Source of the DNA: Kiritimatiellia bacterium
GTDB lineage: Bacteria; Verrucomicrobiota; Kiritimatiellia; RFP12; JBMNHG01
Length of the DNA: 64,000 bases
Assembly: GCA_050950285.1 (NCBI GenBank)
Contig: JBMNHG010000003.1
Span: 616,337 to 680,336, forward strand
Reading direction: 5' to 3'
A model generated the notes under the pieces. The model was not told the origin of the DNA, searched no databases, and worked only from the letters and a program-made list of their open reading frames with translations. Position numbers and translations under genes: made by a program. The stretch's first letter is position 1; every line of letters begins with the position of its first letter. Positions 1-9,706 of this stretch are shown here, piece after piece.

Positions 1-49
1 CCGAATCGCGTATACTACCGTTCTTTTTGCGAAACTAAGGAAAACAATC

Positions 50-163
50 ATGAAGGTGCGCAGTTCGGTGCGTCGGATGTGTGAGCGTTGCAAAGTTGTG
101 CGCCGCGCGGGTGTCGTGCGGGTGATTTGCACGAACCCTCGTCACAAGCAACGCCAAGGTTAA
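50..163 (+). CDS. rpmJ: 50S ribosomal protein L36 (Zn-binding type)
   Basis: Translated by hand (absent from the ORF track): [42 protein letters not shown] upstream; precedes rpsM. Confidence 0.97.
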   Translation: MKVRSSVRRMCERCKVVRRAGVVRVICTNPRHKQRQG

Positions 164-177
164 GAAGGAACAAGACC

Positions 178-561
178 ATGCCGAGATTGATGGGTATGGA
201 CATTCCGGGAAAGAAGCACGTCGCGTACGCGCTCCGGTATATCCATGGTATCGGCCCCAAGCGGGCCAAAGACACTTGCGAGGCGTGCAAGGTCGACCCG
301 GCGAAGATCGCCGACGAACTTACGCCGGAAGAGATCCGCCTGTTGACGGCCTACATCCAGGACAACTATCGCGTGGAGGGCGACCTCCGCCGCGAGGTGT
401 CCGGGAACATCCGCCGTTTGATCAGCATCGGTTCCTACCGTGGCGCCCGCCATCGTCGCGGACTTCCCGTCCGCGGCCAGCGTACGCGTACCAATGCCCG
501 CACCCGCAAGGGAGTGAAGCATACGGTGGGTTCGATGCGCAAGGCGGCCACCAAGAAATAG
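178..561 (+). CDS. rpsM: 30S ribosomal protein S13
   Basis: MPRLMGMDIP...GIG...YRGARHRRGLPVRGQRTRTNARTRKG signature; operon position. Confidence 0.97.
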   Translation: MPRLMGMDIPGKKHVAYALRYIHGIGPKRAKDTCEACKVDPAKIADELTPEEIRLLTAYIQDNYRVEGDLRREVSGNIRRLISIGSYRGARHRRGLPVRGQRTRTNARTRKGVKHTVGSMRKAATKK

Positions 562-636
562 TAAAACATGGGACGGATATCCCGCATGCGCTTGCCTATG
601 GCGTGCGGCCGTCCCCAAGCGAGGCGTTAAAAAGGC

Positions 637-1140
637 ATGAGCGACGAAGCGATCAAAGAAGAGGCGCGCGAAGACGCGCCTGCCGCCGCCGAACAGGCTG
701 CGGCTCCCGCCATGAGCGAGGCGCAGGCGATTCTCGCCGAGGCCGACCCCAAGGCGGCTCCGGTGGACACGAAGAAAAAGGGCCGCGGCAGGTCGATCCC
801 CGCGGGCATCGCCTTCATCCGCGCATCGTTCAACAACACGAAAGTCAGCATCACGGACGCCCGAGGCGGCGTGATCGCCTGGAGTTCCGGCGGCCGGGCC
901 GGCTTCAAGGGCTCCCGCAAGAGCACGGCGTTCGCCGCCACGATGGTGGCGCAGGACGCCGCGCGCCAGGCGGTCGCCAAGGGCATGAGCGAGGCCGAAG
1001 TGCGCATCGAGGGCGCCGGCGCAGGCCGCGAGTCCGCCGTGCGCGCCATCCAGTCCGCCGGCATCCAAGTGAGTGTGATCAAGGACTGCACGCCGATCCC
1101 CCACAATGGCTGCCGTCCGCGCAAGAGGAGGAGGGTCTGA
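637..1140 (+). CDS. rpsK: 30S ribosomal protein S11 with an acidic, Ala-rich N-terminal extension
   Basis: ASFNNT, GFKGSRKST and TPIPHNGCRP motifs. Confidence 0.97.
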   Translation: MSDEAIKEEAREDAPAAAEQAAAPAMSEAQAILAEADPKAAPVDTKKKGRGRSIPAGIAFIRASFNNTKVSITDARGGVIAWSSGGRAGFKGSRKSTAFAATMVAQDAARQAVAKGMSEAEVRIEGAGAGRESAVRAIQSAGIQVSVIKDCTPIPHNGCRPRKRRRV

Positions 1141-1142
1141 TC

Positions 1143-1772
1143 ATGGGCCGTTATGTTGGTCCCGTCTGCCGCCAGTGCCGCCGCGAGGGGAAGAAGTTGT
1201 TCCTCAAGGGCGCGCGTTGCTACATGGCCAAGTGCCCGATCGAGCAGGGTCGTCCCGCTCCCGGCATGCATGTGGCCCGCCGTGTCCGCAAGCTTTCCCA
1301 GTACGCCACCCAGTTGCGCGAGAAGCAGGCCCTCCGCCGCCAGTTCGGCATGCAGGAAGGCCAGTTCCATCGCTTCTTCGAGAAGGCTCTCCGCCGTCCC
1401 GGCATCACCGGCGAGGTTCTGCTCCAGATGTGCGAGACCCGCCTGGACAACGTCGTCTATCGCCTGGGCTTCGCACCCTCGCGCCGCGCCGCCCGCCAGT
1501 TCGTTCGCCACAATCACGTGGCGGTGAACGGCCGTACCACCAACATCCCCTCGATGGAGATGAAGGTCGGCGACGTGATCGAGGTCCGCGACCGTCCCCG
1601 CAGCCGCGACATCGCGACCCATGCCCTCGAGGCCGCCACGCGCCAGCAGATGCCCGAATGGCTCTCGCTCGACCGCCAGGCCTTCCGCGCCGAGGTGCTC
1701 AGCATCCCGACCCGCGAGCAGATCGCGCCGATCGTGGATGAACAGGCCATCGTGGAATTGTACTCCCGCTAG
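1143..1772 (+). CDS. rpsD: 30S ribosomal protein S4
   Basis: MGRYVGPVCRQCRREG...QLREKQ...ETRLDNVVYRLGFA...IVELYSR; GGAGG upstream. Confidence 0.97.
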   Translation: MGRYVGPVCRQCRREGKKLFLKGARCYMAKCPIEQGRPAPGMHVARRVRKLSQYATQLREKQALRRQFGMQEGQFHRFFEKALRRPGITGEVLLQMCETRLDNVVYRLGFAPSRRAARQFVRHNHVAVNGRTTNIPSMEMKVGDVIEVRDRPRSRDIATHALEAATRQQMPEWLSLDRQAFRAEVLSIPTREQIAPIVDEQAIVELYSR

Positions 1773-1853
1773 TATCCCGCATGCGCCCGGCCCGCACTGT
1801 CGCGGGCCTCGACGCACGCATGCGCTCCCGTTTGAAAGAAGGACGATTTCGTC

Positions 1854-2942
1854 ATGCCGATTCGCCTCAGCCGTTTTGAAATGCCCAAGCGCGTCATCAA
1901 GGACGAAGCTACGGCCACGCCGACATACGCTCGCTTCGTGGCGGAGCCGTTCGAGGTGGGCTATGCCCTCACCCTCGGGAACTCCCTGCGCCGGGTGCTC
2001 CTCTCCTCGATCGAGGGCGTCGCCATCACGAACGTCCGCATCATGGGAGCCTCGCACGAATTCTGCACCCTTCCAGGTATTGCCGAAGATGTCACGGACA
2101 TCATCCTGAACCTGAAGCGCGTCCTCCTCAAGAGCGTCAACCGCGAACCCCGAACGCTCCGCCTCCATCGCAAGGGGCCTTGCACGGTCACCGCCGCCGA
2201 TTTCGAGGCGGACAATGTGGTCGAAGTGCTGAACCCCGACCAGGTCATCGCCACCATCGACGTCGACGGCGACCTCGACATGGAGGTGGACATCCGCACC
2301 GGGCGAGGCTTCTATCCCGCCGTCTGGAACAAGGATCCCCAGCAGGAAATCGGGCGTATCCCCATCGACAGCATCTTCTCGCCGGTCACCCGCGTGAAAT
2401 ACGCGGTCGAAAACACCCGCGTCGGCCAGCGCACCGACTACGAACGCCTCGTGCTCGATGTGTGGACCGACGGCCGCATCTCCCCCGACGACGCCCTCAA
2501 GACCGCCGCCGCGATTTTCCGCCACCACCTCGACGTCTTCGTGGACTACAGCGAAGATGCCGTGGAAGCCGAAGATACCGCCACCACCGAGGACGACGAG
2601 CGCGAGAAGCTCCGCGCCATCCTCAACATGAGCGTCAACGAAATCGAACTCTCCGTCCGCTCCGCCAACTGCCTCAACAACGCCAGCATCACCACCGTTG
2701 GCGAGTTGGCGTCGAAGACGGAGGCCGACATGCTGAAGTACCGCAACTTCGGCAAGAAGTCCCTTAACGAAATCAAGGAAAAACTCGCCGGATTCGGCCT
2801 CTACCTCGGCTACAAGGTCGACCCTTCGCTCATGGATACCCCCATCCAGCCGTCGACGCCGCCCGACGAAGACCTGTCCGACGTCGACGAGGATGACGAA
2901 GACGTGGACGACGAGTCCCTCCCCCTCGACGACGAGCCGTAG
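1854..2942 (+). CDS. rpoA: RNA polymerase alpha subunit with an acidic C-terminal tail
   Basis: [50 protein letters not shown]. Confidence 0.98.
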   Translation: MPIRLSRFEMPKRVIKDEATATPTYARFVAEPFEVGYALTLGNSLRRVLLSSIEGVAITNVRIMGASHEFCTLPGIAEDVTDIILNLKRVLLKSVNREPRTLRLHRKGPCTVTAADFEADNVVEVLNPDQVIATIDVDGDLDMEVDIRTGRGFYPAVWNKDPQQEIGRIPIDSIFSPVTRVKYAVENTRVGQRTDYERLVLDVWTDGRISPDDALKTAAAIFRHHLDVFVDYSEDAVEAEDTATTEDDEREKLRAILNMSVNEIELSVRSANCLNNASITTVGELASKTEADMLKYRNFGKKSLNEIKEKLAGFGLYLGYKVDPSLMDTPIQPSTPPDEDLSDVDEDDEDVDDESLPLDDEP

Positions 2943-2972
2943 TTTTTCAATCCCCCTTATGGAGTCATTACC

Positions 2973-3368
2973 ATGCGTCACATGCGCGTTGCCAAGAAGT
3001 TCGGGCGTTCCAAGGCTCATCGCGAGGAACTCCTCCGCTCCCTCGTGGCGAATCTGATTCTCCAGGATCGCATCCGTACCACCCTCCCCAAGGCCAAGCA
3101 GGCTCGCAGGGACGCGGAAAAGATGGTGACCCTCGCCCGCAAGGGCACGTTGGCCGCCCGCCGCCTCTCCGCCGCCCGCCTGCGGAGCCCCGCAGCCGTC
3201 CAGAAGCTCTTCGACGTCGTGGTTCCCGCCATGGACGGTCGCCAGGGCGGCTACACCCGCATCGTCAAGCTCGGCGCCCGCGTGGGCGACGGCGCCGAAA
3301 TGTGTCTCCTCGAATGGGTCAAGGCCGCCCCTGCCGCCCCCGTCGCCGAGGAGTCCGTCCAGGCATAG
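2973..3368 (+). CDS. rplQ: 50S ribosomal protein L17
   Basis: MRH...KFGRSKAHR...IRTTLPKAK...GGYTRIVK. Confidence 0.97.
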   Translation: MRHMRVAKKFGRSKAHREELLRSLVANLILQDRIRTTLPKAKQARRDAEKMVTLARKGTLAARRLSAARLRSPAAVQKLFDVVVPAMDGRQGGYTRIVKLGARVGDGAEMCLLEWVKAAPAAPVAEESVQA

Positions 3369-3402
3369 CCCTTTCCGGATTCCCTCCGAGATTCGTGTTT
3401 TC

Positions 3403-3444
3403 AACGCCCTGTTTCGTCCGCGAAGCAGGGCGTTTCCCTTTTTT
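3403..3444 (+). terminator. Rho-independent terminator of the alpha operon
   Basis: Hairpin AACGCCCTGTTTCG-TCCG-CGAAGCAGGGCGTT followed by a T-rich tract after rplQ. Confidence 0.8.
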
Positions 3445-3593
3445 CGTCATGGTCCGTCGCCCTCGGCACAGGTTTCCGGAAAAAGAATGGCGCCGGTCCC
3501 TAATAAACCCCCTTCGAGATTCGTTTTAGCGGGTGAAACAGGCGGCAGGCTCTCTTGGCCGCCCCCATTCCTCCCCTTTCCTTGGAGACCCTC

Positions 3594-5252
3594 ATGACCG
3601 AATACGATCCCACCCTGCAGACCGAGCACGCCCTGAAGAAAATCGACCTCCTCTTCGAGGAAAAGGGCTATTTCGAACGCCTCGCACTCATGCTGAAGGG
3701 GTTGACCAAGCCGAAGAACTCCCGCGCGTTCAAGAGGGCGATGATCGAGCTCCAGCGGCAGGCCGCACCCCTCTCCGCCGTCATCGTGCCCTTGATCTGC
3801 GTGATCATCCTCGCGATCTTCGCCGGCGGCCAGAACGAACAGACGGTCATCATCCAAACCGAATACATCGAGACCCAGGAGGTCGAAGTGCTCGACGACA
3901 TCGAGCCGCCCGATCCCCAGCCGCAAGAGCAGTTCGAACCCATGGACTTCGATTTCGTGACGCCTGAAATCGCCATGGACACTCCCGTCCCGGTGGCGGT
4001 GAGCTCGGATGCCCCGATGAGTCCCCAGCCCACCCCCTTCGATGCCGTGATGAGCACCCCGAGCCACCTCGTGATGCGCGGCATCTTCGGCGACAACCGC
4101 TCCGCCGGCATGCGCGGGCAGCTCCTCGCCCGCGGCGGCGGCAACAAGGCCACCGAGACCGCCGTCCTCCGCGCCCTCCGCTGGCTCAAGAAGAACCAGA
4201 ACCCCGACGGCTCCTGGGGGAACAACAAGACCGCCATGACCGGCCTGGCCATCCTCACCTTCCTCGCCCACGGCGAAAAGCCCGGCAGCGACTCCCCCGA
4301 ATTCGGAGCCACCGTCCAAAAGGCCATCGAATACCTCATGAACGCCCAGAACGGCGCCGGCAACTTCGGCGGCGGCGCGAACGGCTACCCCCACGCCATC
4401 GCCTGCTACGCCATGTGCGAAGCCTATGGCATGACCATGAACCCCAACGTGCGCGAGGCCGCGCAGCGGGGCGTGAACATCATCATCGACGGCCAGCACC
4501 CCTCCGGCGGCTGGGACTACAACTGGGTGCAGTCCGAACGCGACGACACCTCCGTGATGGGATGGGCCGCCCAGGCCCTCAAGGCCGCCCTCATGGCCAA
4601 GCTCTACGACGACCCCGCCGACGTCGAACGCCTCGAGCGCGCCGGCAAGCTCTCCGTGAAGGGCTTCCAGAAAAATTCGCACCCGAACGGCGGCTTCGGC
4701 TATACCGGTCCCCAGCAGGGCGGCCTTACCGGCGTCGGAGTGCTGTGCATGATGTTCCACGGCGCCGGCAACTACCCGGAGGTCAGCCGCGCCCTCGACC
4801 TCATGGATGGCTGGCAGCCCGTCTGGAACGGCAAGACCCCCCTCCGCCCCGACCTGGACGCCGAGGCCGCGAACAAGATGCAGGGCATCCCCGGCGGAAG
4901 CACCCAGTACTACTACTACTACGCCACCCAGGCCAAGTTCCACGCCGGCGGAAGCCGATGGAAGAGCTGGAACGACGGCATGTGGCCCGCCTACTGCAAG
5001 GCCCAGTTCGTCGAGGAAAAGGCCATCGAGGACGTCAACGGCGAACTCCAGGACATCGGCTGGTGGGTGAACTGCGACGGCTCCAAGGACGGCTCCATCA
5101 CCATGGACACCTGCCTCGCCGCCCTCCAGCTGATGGTGTACTACCGCTACCTCCCCACCACCCAGCAGGCCGCCACCCGGGTGGACGCCGACATCGTCGC
5201 CACGGCGGAGGACGCATCCACCGACATCGAAGTCGACACCGGCGACCTCTAG
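3594..5252 (+). CDS. Membrane-anchored prenyltransferase/squalene-oxidase-repeat (alpha/alpha-barrel) protein
   Basis: TM segment, acidic/Pro linker, then QW-like repeats ALRWLKKNQNPDGSW, AIEYLMNAQNGAGNF, QHPSGGWDY, NSHPNGGFGY and YYYYYATQA; GGAG upstream. Confidence 0.75.
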   Translation: MTEYDPTLQTEHALKKIDLLFEEKGYFERLALMLKGLTKPKNSRAFKRAMIELQRQAAPLSAVIVPLICVIILAIFAGGQNEQTVIIQTEYIETQEVEVLDDIEPPDPQPQEQFEPMDFDFVTPEIAMDTPVPVAVSSDAPMSPQPTPFDAVMSTPSHLVMRGIFGDNRSAGMRGQLLARGGGNKATETAVLRALRWLKKNQNPDGSWGNNKTAMTGLAILTFLAHGEKPGSDSPEFGATVQKAIEYLMNAQNGAGNFGGGANGYPHAIACYAMCEAYGMTMNPNVREAAQRGVNIIIDGQHPSGGWDYNWVQSERDDTSVMGWAAQALKAALMAKLYDDPADVERLERAGKLSVKGFQKNSHPNGGFGYTGPQQGGLTGVGVLCMMFHGAGNYPEVSRALDLMDGWQPVWNGKTPLRPDLDAEAANKMQGIPGGSTQYYYYYATQAKFHAGGSRWKSWNDGMWPAYCKAQFVEEKAIEDVNGELQDIGWWVNCDGSKDGSITMDTCLAALQLMVYYRYLPTTQQAATRVDADIVATAEDASTDIEVDTGDL

Positions 5253-5486
5253 GCCCTTTGCTCCCGCGACGGATGCGGCGACTTGTGTTCCCGTAGCGGA
5301 TATCGACCTGGCGGACGATGTTTTGGGGGAGCTGCCGTCAGCCTCTTCTTCCGTGAGCCGGCCCGGGAGGCGGCGCCGCTACGACGCACGGTGTGCGTTG
5401 CGGGCGATCGTTCGCGCACCCTCCCTCCCTCCGCGTGATCCGCGCGGCCTCTCTCCTCCGCGCTTCCCCTGCGCGGCGCAAAGCCG

Positions 5487-6509
5487 CTAGCGAAGGGGCT
5501 GGAGGCCGAAGCCGGGCGTCGCGACGGGCCGATGGGGTGGCTCGGATGGCACCCACAGCGCCTCGCACTCCGGATGGCGTTCCGCGAGAAGCTTCCTTCC
5601 CGCATCGGGCCCCAGCACGAACAGGGCGGTGGAAAGTCCATCCGCGAGACAGGCGGAAGGCGCCCGGACGGTCACCCCCGCCACGCCGCGCACGGGCCGT
5701 CCGGTCCGCGCGTCCAGGATGTGGCCATAGCGGACGCCGCCGATTTGAACGAAACGTTCATAGTCGCCCGACGTCGCGACCGCCTCGCCGTCGCGCAGTT
5801 CGATCGTCCCGAGAATCGCGTCCGGACGGATCGGGTCGCGCACGCCCAGCCGCCAGCCCGTTCGTCCGGGTCCCGGCACGCCACGGACGCGGATGTTCCC
5901 TCCCAGATTCAACAGGAAATCCTCCGCACCCTGCGCCCGCAGGAGATCCCAGGCCTCGTCCACGGCGAAGCCCTTGGCGATTCCGCCCAGATCCAGGCGC
6001 ATCCCCGGCTTCGCCAGCCGCGCGCTCCCGGCCCCAAGTACCACGTTCGTCCATCCCACGAGCATGCGCACGGAAGCCAGCGCCTCCCCGTCGGGCGGAT
6101 TTTCGAGGGGCGCGCCGCCACGAAACCCCCAGATGGCCATCAACGGGCCGACCGTGGGGTCGAAGGCGCCCCCGCTCGCCTCCGCCATCGCCAGTGCATC
6201 CCGAAGGGCGCGCCGCGTATCGGGCCCGATGGGGACATCCCCCTCGCCGGCCGCTTCGTTCAGCCGCCACAGGTCGCTCCCCTCGCGGAAAAGGCTGAGT
6301 TCGCGCTCCAGTTCGTCCCACCGGTCGCGAACGGCGGCGCGCCGCGCCGCCAGGCGTCCCTCTTCCGCCGCAGGGAGCGAAACCGACGCGATCGTCCCCA
6401 TCACGGGCCAGGCCGACTCCACGGGCGGCCGCGCCGCGGGACGGCACGCGCCCGCAAGCGCGCAACATCCCGATAGCGCGAAAAGAAGAAAACGTGTTGT
6501 CCGAACCAT
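5487..6509 (-). CDS. apbE: FAD:protein FMN transferase (ApbE family lipoprotein)
   Basis: Lipobox LAGAC; VMGT, GAFDPTVGPL, DLGGIAKGFAVD, ATSGDYER, HILDARTG, ADGLSTA. Confidence 0.93.
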   Translation of the reverse strand: MVRTTRFLLFALSGCCALAGACRPAARPPVESAWPVMGTIASVSLPAAEEGRLAARRAAVRDRWDELERELSLFREGSDLWRLNEAAGEGDVPIGPDTRRALRDALAMAEASGGAFDPTVGPLMAIWGFRGGAPLENPPDGEALASVRMLVGWTNVVLGAGSARLAKPGMRLDLGGIAKGFAVDEAWDLLRAQGAEDFLLNLGGNIRVRGVPGPGRTGWRLGVRDPIRPDAILGTIELRDGEAVATSGDYERFVQIGGVRYGHILDARTGRPVRGVAGVTVRAPSACLADGLSTALFVLGPDAGRKLLAERHPECEALWVPSEPPHRPVATPGFGLQPLR

Positions 6510-6598
6510 GATGACACAAGGATAACACACCGCCCGCCCGGACAGAAGAATTCGGGAAGGCAGGCACTCCGACGACGAAGATTTGGGATTGCCGCGGG

Positions 6599-6628
6599 TT
6601 GACACAGCCGTGCGGTTTCAGGTACACT
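6599..6628 (+). promoter_or_regulatory. sigma70-type promoter of tRNA-Glu
   Basis: TTGACA-18 nt-TACACT, about 20 nt upstream of the tRNA. Confidence 0.75.
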
Positions 6629-6647
6629 TTACTCTCGTTTTCACCGC

Positions 6648-6722
6648 GCCCCCTTCGTCTATCGGCTAGGACATCAGGTTCTCATCCTGGAAAGAAGGGT
6701 TCGATTCCCTTAGGGGGTGCCA
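6648..6722 (+). tRNA. tRNA-Glu (anticodon CTC)
   Basis: GCCCCCT/AGGGGGT acceptor stem, anticodon arm TCAGG-TTCTCAT-CCTGG, GGTTCGATTCC T-loop, encoded 3' CCA. Confidence 0.95.
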
Positions 6723-6782
6723 TATGGGACAAAGGCGCATCCGCGCAGGTCCTTCGGACCCCTCACGTTTTCCGGAGACATC

Positions 6783-6986
6783 ATGGGAACTGGCCGTACA
6801 CTCCACAAGAAGCCCCGCACCCGCCCGATCAAGGCCGAGGGGGAACGCATCCGTCGCGAAAAGACCCAGAGGAAGCGCCTCGTGGCCCTTGGCGCCGACG
6901 CCGCCGAGGTCGGGAAGATGAACGCGAAGCAGGTCCGCGACGCCCTCAAGCGCCCCGCGAAGGTGGCCGCATCCGCATCCCGGTAA
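6783..6986 (+). CDS. Small, very basic hypothetical protein (67 aa)
   Basis: GGAG RBS, host-like codon usage, followed by a terminator; MGTGRTLHKKPRTRP...KRLVALG. Confidence 0.7.
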   Translation: MGTGRTLHKKPRTRPIKAEGERIRREKTQRKRLVALGADAAEVGKMNAKQVRDALKRPAKVAASASR

Positions 6987-7007
6987 CGGCTTCGACACGC
7001 CTCTTGC

Positions 7008-7046
7008 AAAACGGCGCGCCGCGAAATGTGCGGCGCGCCGTTTTTT
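7008..7046 (+). terminator. Rho-independent terminator
   Basis: AAAACGGCGCGCCGC-loop-GCGGCGCGCCGTTTTTT. Confidence 0.85.
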
Positions 7047-7170
7047 GCGCCGTGGAGAAGTTCCGGTCGGGAGGGCTCGAAGAGCAACCGCCTTGCGGGA
7101 CGGGGTCCCATGGCGTATGATCGCGATGCCCGGGGGCGATGGCGTGCCCGGGCGCATATCGGAGGAAGCG

Positions 7171-8028
7171 ATGCTGGGATTGGTATTGGGAAGCGGAGCC
7201 GCCCGGGGCTGGGCGCATGTCGGCGTGCTCCAGGCGCTCCGCGAGCGGGGGATCCGCCCCGACCTCGTCGTGGGCACCAGCATCGGATCCATCGTTGGCG
7301 CCATCCATGCGGAAAACCGGCTGGACGAGGTGCTGGCCTTCGTCGGAACCCACGACTTCACCCGTTCCGCCAAGATTTTCTTCGAGTTCAAAGTCCACCT
7401 CGACGGTCTCATCTCCGGCGTGCATGTGATGGAATTCCTGTCGCGCTTCCTGTCCGTCGAGAAGATTTCCGACCTCCCGATCCCCTATGCCGCCGTGGCG
7501 ACCGACCTGGACAACGGCCGCCCGGTGACGATCGATTCCGGCAAGCTCTCCGACGCCATTCGCGCCTCCATCTCCATCCCCGGCCTCTTCACGCCCGTCC
7601 GCCGCAACGGGCGGGTGCTGGTGGACGGCGGCCTCTCCTGTCCCGTCCCCGTGTCGGTCGCCCGCGACATGGGCGCCACGCGCGTGATTGCGGTGAACGT
7701 CGCCACGTGGCGTCCATGCCCCTATTTCCACCGGCAGGCGGGAGCCGACTACTCCAAGCGGATGTGGAACCATCTCCGCGAAACGCTGCCCGCCTTCAAC
7801 AGTCTCTTCACGGGCCGAAAGTCGGGACAGAGCCTGGCGGACGTGTTCCTGAAGACCGTCCGCATCGCCGAAAACCGCATCGCGGAGGAGGAAATCCGGC
7901 GCCACCCTCCCGACCTCCTCATCGAGCCCGCCGTGGGCGACATCGCCGCGATGGACTTCGCGCGGGCCCGGGACGGAATCCGCGCAGGCTACGAAGCCGC
8001 TGCGGAGGCGCTCGACCGCGGGGACTGA
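7171..8028 (+). CDS. Patatin-like phospholipase (RssA/NTE family)
   Basis: LVLGSGAARG, GTSIG and DGG motifs; GGAGG RBS; TTGCGG-17-TATGAT upstream. Confidence 0.9.
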   Translation: MLGLVLGSGAARGWAHVGVLQALRERGIRPDLVVGTSIGSIVGAIHAENRLDEVLAFVGTHDFTRSAKIFFEFKVHLDGLISGVHVMEFLSRFLSVEKISDLPIPYAAVATDLDNGRPVTIDSGKLSDAIRASISIPGLFTPVRRNGRVLVDGGLSCPVPVSVARDMGATRVIAVNVATWRPCPYFHRQAGADYSKRMWNHLRETLPAFNSLFTGRKSGQSLADVFLKTVRIAENRIAEEEIRRHPPDLLIEPAVGDIAAMDFARARDGIRAGYEAAAEALDRGD

Positions 8029-8900
8029 CCGTCCCCTCCCGGACGCCTTCGCCGCAGTCCCTTCCGCGCGACGAGGCGTTTCCCCAGGGCCATCAGGAGG
8101 TAGACGCCCGCGATGAGTTCCACGGTCGTGGCGCCTGTCGGGAGGTCGGCGGCGTATCCCATGGCGAGCCCCCCCGCGGTGCAGGCCACGCCGATCGCGG
8201 CCGCGAGGCCCATCATGTGCCCGAGGCGGCTCGTGACCAGCCCCGCCGCCGCCGCCGGGAGCGACAGCAGCGCGATGGCCAGCACGATTCCCGCGACCTG
8301 CGCCAGCATCACCACCGCGAGCGCCGTGACCACCAGGAACACGCATTCGTACAGGAACACGGGCACGCCGCGCAGGCGCGCCATCTCCGCGCTGAACGCG
8401 ATGGCGAGAAAGCGATCGAAGCACAGCACGGTCGTCAGAAGCACCACGCCGGCGAGGCCCGCCATCCATGCGACCTCCGACGGCCCCGACAGGGAGAGGC
8501 TCCCGAAGAGGTAGCCCATCAGGTCGTCCTGGTATCCGGGCGTCATGGCCATGAGGCTCACGCCTGCCGCCGTCCCCACGCACCAGATTGCGCTGAGCAC
8601 GGTGTCGTTCCGTTCGCGTCCGTTCCGCCCGGCGAAGGCGATGGCGAAGGCCGCCAGCACCGCCGCCAGCGCCGCGCCCGCCATCGGCGGGAGCCAGGCG
8701 ACGCCATGGACCCGCTCGAGGTAGCGCGACAGCCCGAGCCCCGCCAGCACGCCATGGGCGATCGCCCCCGCGAGATAGGTGGAGCGGCGCACCACCACCA
8801 GGCTCCCCACGACGCCGGAGACGAGGGCGGCCAGCACGCCCGCCGCGAGCGCGCACCGGAGCGAGGGATAGAGCGAAAGATCGCGGAAAAAGGCGGTCAT
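7989..8900 (-). CDS. znuB: Zn/Mn ABC transporter permease (ZnuB-like)
   Basis: Hydrophobic; AIAHGVLAG, YLFGSL, GIVLAIALLSLPAAAA. Confidence 0.85.
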   Translation of the reverse strand: MTAFFRDLSLYPSLRCALAAGVLAALVSGVVGSLVVVRRSTYLAGAIAHGVLAGLGLSRYLERVHGVAWLPPMAGAALAAVLAAFAIAFAGRNGRERNDTVLSAIWCVGTAAGVSLMAMTPGYQDDLMGYLFGSLSLSGPSEVAWMAGLAGVVLLTTVLCFDRFLAIAFSAEMARLRGVPVFLYECVFLVVTALAVVMLAQVAGIVLAIALLSLPAAAAGLVTSRLGHMMGLAAAIGVACTAGGLAMGYAADLPTGATTVELIAGVYLLMALGKRLVARKGLRRRRPGGDGQSPRSSASAAAS

Positions 8901-9706
8901 GCGGATCCCCCGTGCGGCGGAGCCGCGTGATGGGGCGAACGCATCGCGGCCGTGGCGTCGATCATGTGGCTGTCGGGATCGTGTTCCACGATGATCATGC
9001 CGCCCTCCGTCATGCGCAGGCGGTGGTAGCCGTCGTCGAGCGGGCGCATCGCCACGGTTCGGTTCACGCAAAGCAGGTGGGTGGCGCGGCGGGTGACGAC
9101 ATTCAGACTGTGCGAGACCATCAGCACGGTCTGCGTGGCGGAAAGCTCCTGGAAGAGGGCGTACAACTGCGCCGCGCCGGCAGAATCCACGCTTGCGGTC
9201 GGCTCGTCGAGCAGGAGGATGTCCGGCGACGCGACCAGTGCCTGGGCGATCAACGCGCGCTGGCGCTGTCCTCCGGAAAGCGCGGCGAAGGCGCGGTTCG
9301 CGAGTCCGGCGATTCCCACGCGCTCCAGCGCGGCAAGGGCAATCGCACGGTCTTCGGCGCGGTAGGGGCCCAAACGGTGGCGGTCGATCCGCCCGATGAG
9401 CGCCACGTCCAGCACGCTCACGGGGAAGCGCGGGTCGAAGAGCAGCTGCTGCGGCACGTAGCCCATGCGGCGGCGCGCCGCGGCGGGCGGCATCCCCAGC
9501 ACGCGCACCTCGCCGTAGTCGGGCGTCTCGATGCCGAGGAGCAGTTTCAGGAGGGTTGTCTTCCCGCCGCCGTTCGGCCCCAGCACCACCGTGAACGAAT
9601 GGGCCGGGAGGTCGAAGGAGACGTTGTGCAGGACCTCCTGCCCGCCGTCGTAGGAGAAGCAGACGTCGCGCACGGAAACGGCGGGGGGCAGCGGCCTGCC
9701 GCTCAC
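8897..9706 (-). CDS. znuC: Zn/Mn ABC transporter ATP-binding protein (ZnuC-like)
   Basis: GPNGGGKT, LSGGQRQR, LLLDEPT, His-rich tail; GTG start overlaps the stop of the binding-protein gene. Confidence 0.88.
   Translation of the reverse strand: MSGRPLPPAVSVRDVCFSYDGGQEVLHNVSFDLPAHSFTVVLGPNGGGKTTLLKLLLGIETPDYGEVRVLGMPPAAARRRMGYVPQQLLFDPRFPVSVLDVALIGRIDRHRLGPYRAEDRAIALAALERVGIAGLANRAFAALSGGQRQRALIAQALVASPDILLLDEPTASVDSAGAAQLYALFQELSATQTVLMVSHSLNVVTRRATHLLCVNRTVAMRPLDDGYHRLRMTEGGMIIVEHDPDSHMIDATAAMRSPHHAAPPHGGSA

Noticed and set aside
5292..5383. CGTAGCGG...CCGCTACG inverted pair as a REP/REPIN element
   Set aside because: It is only 8 bp, a single instance in the window, and expected by chance at this GC.
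6648..6722. tRNA-Glu as an island integration site
   Set aside because: No integrase is present and I saw no duplicated tRNA 3' end.
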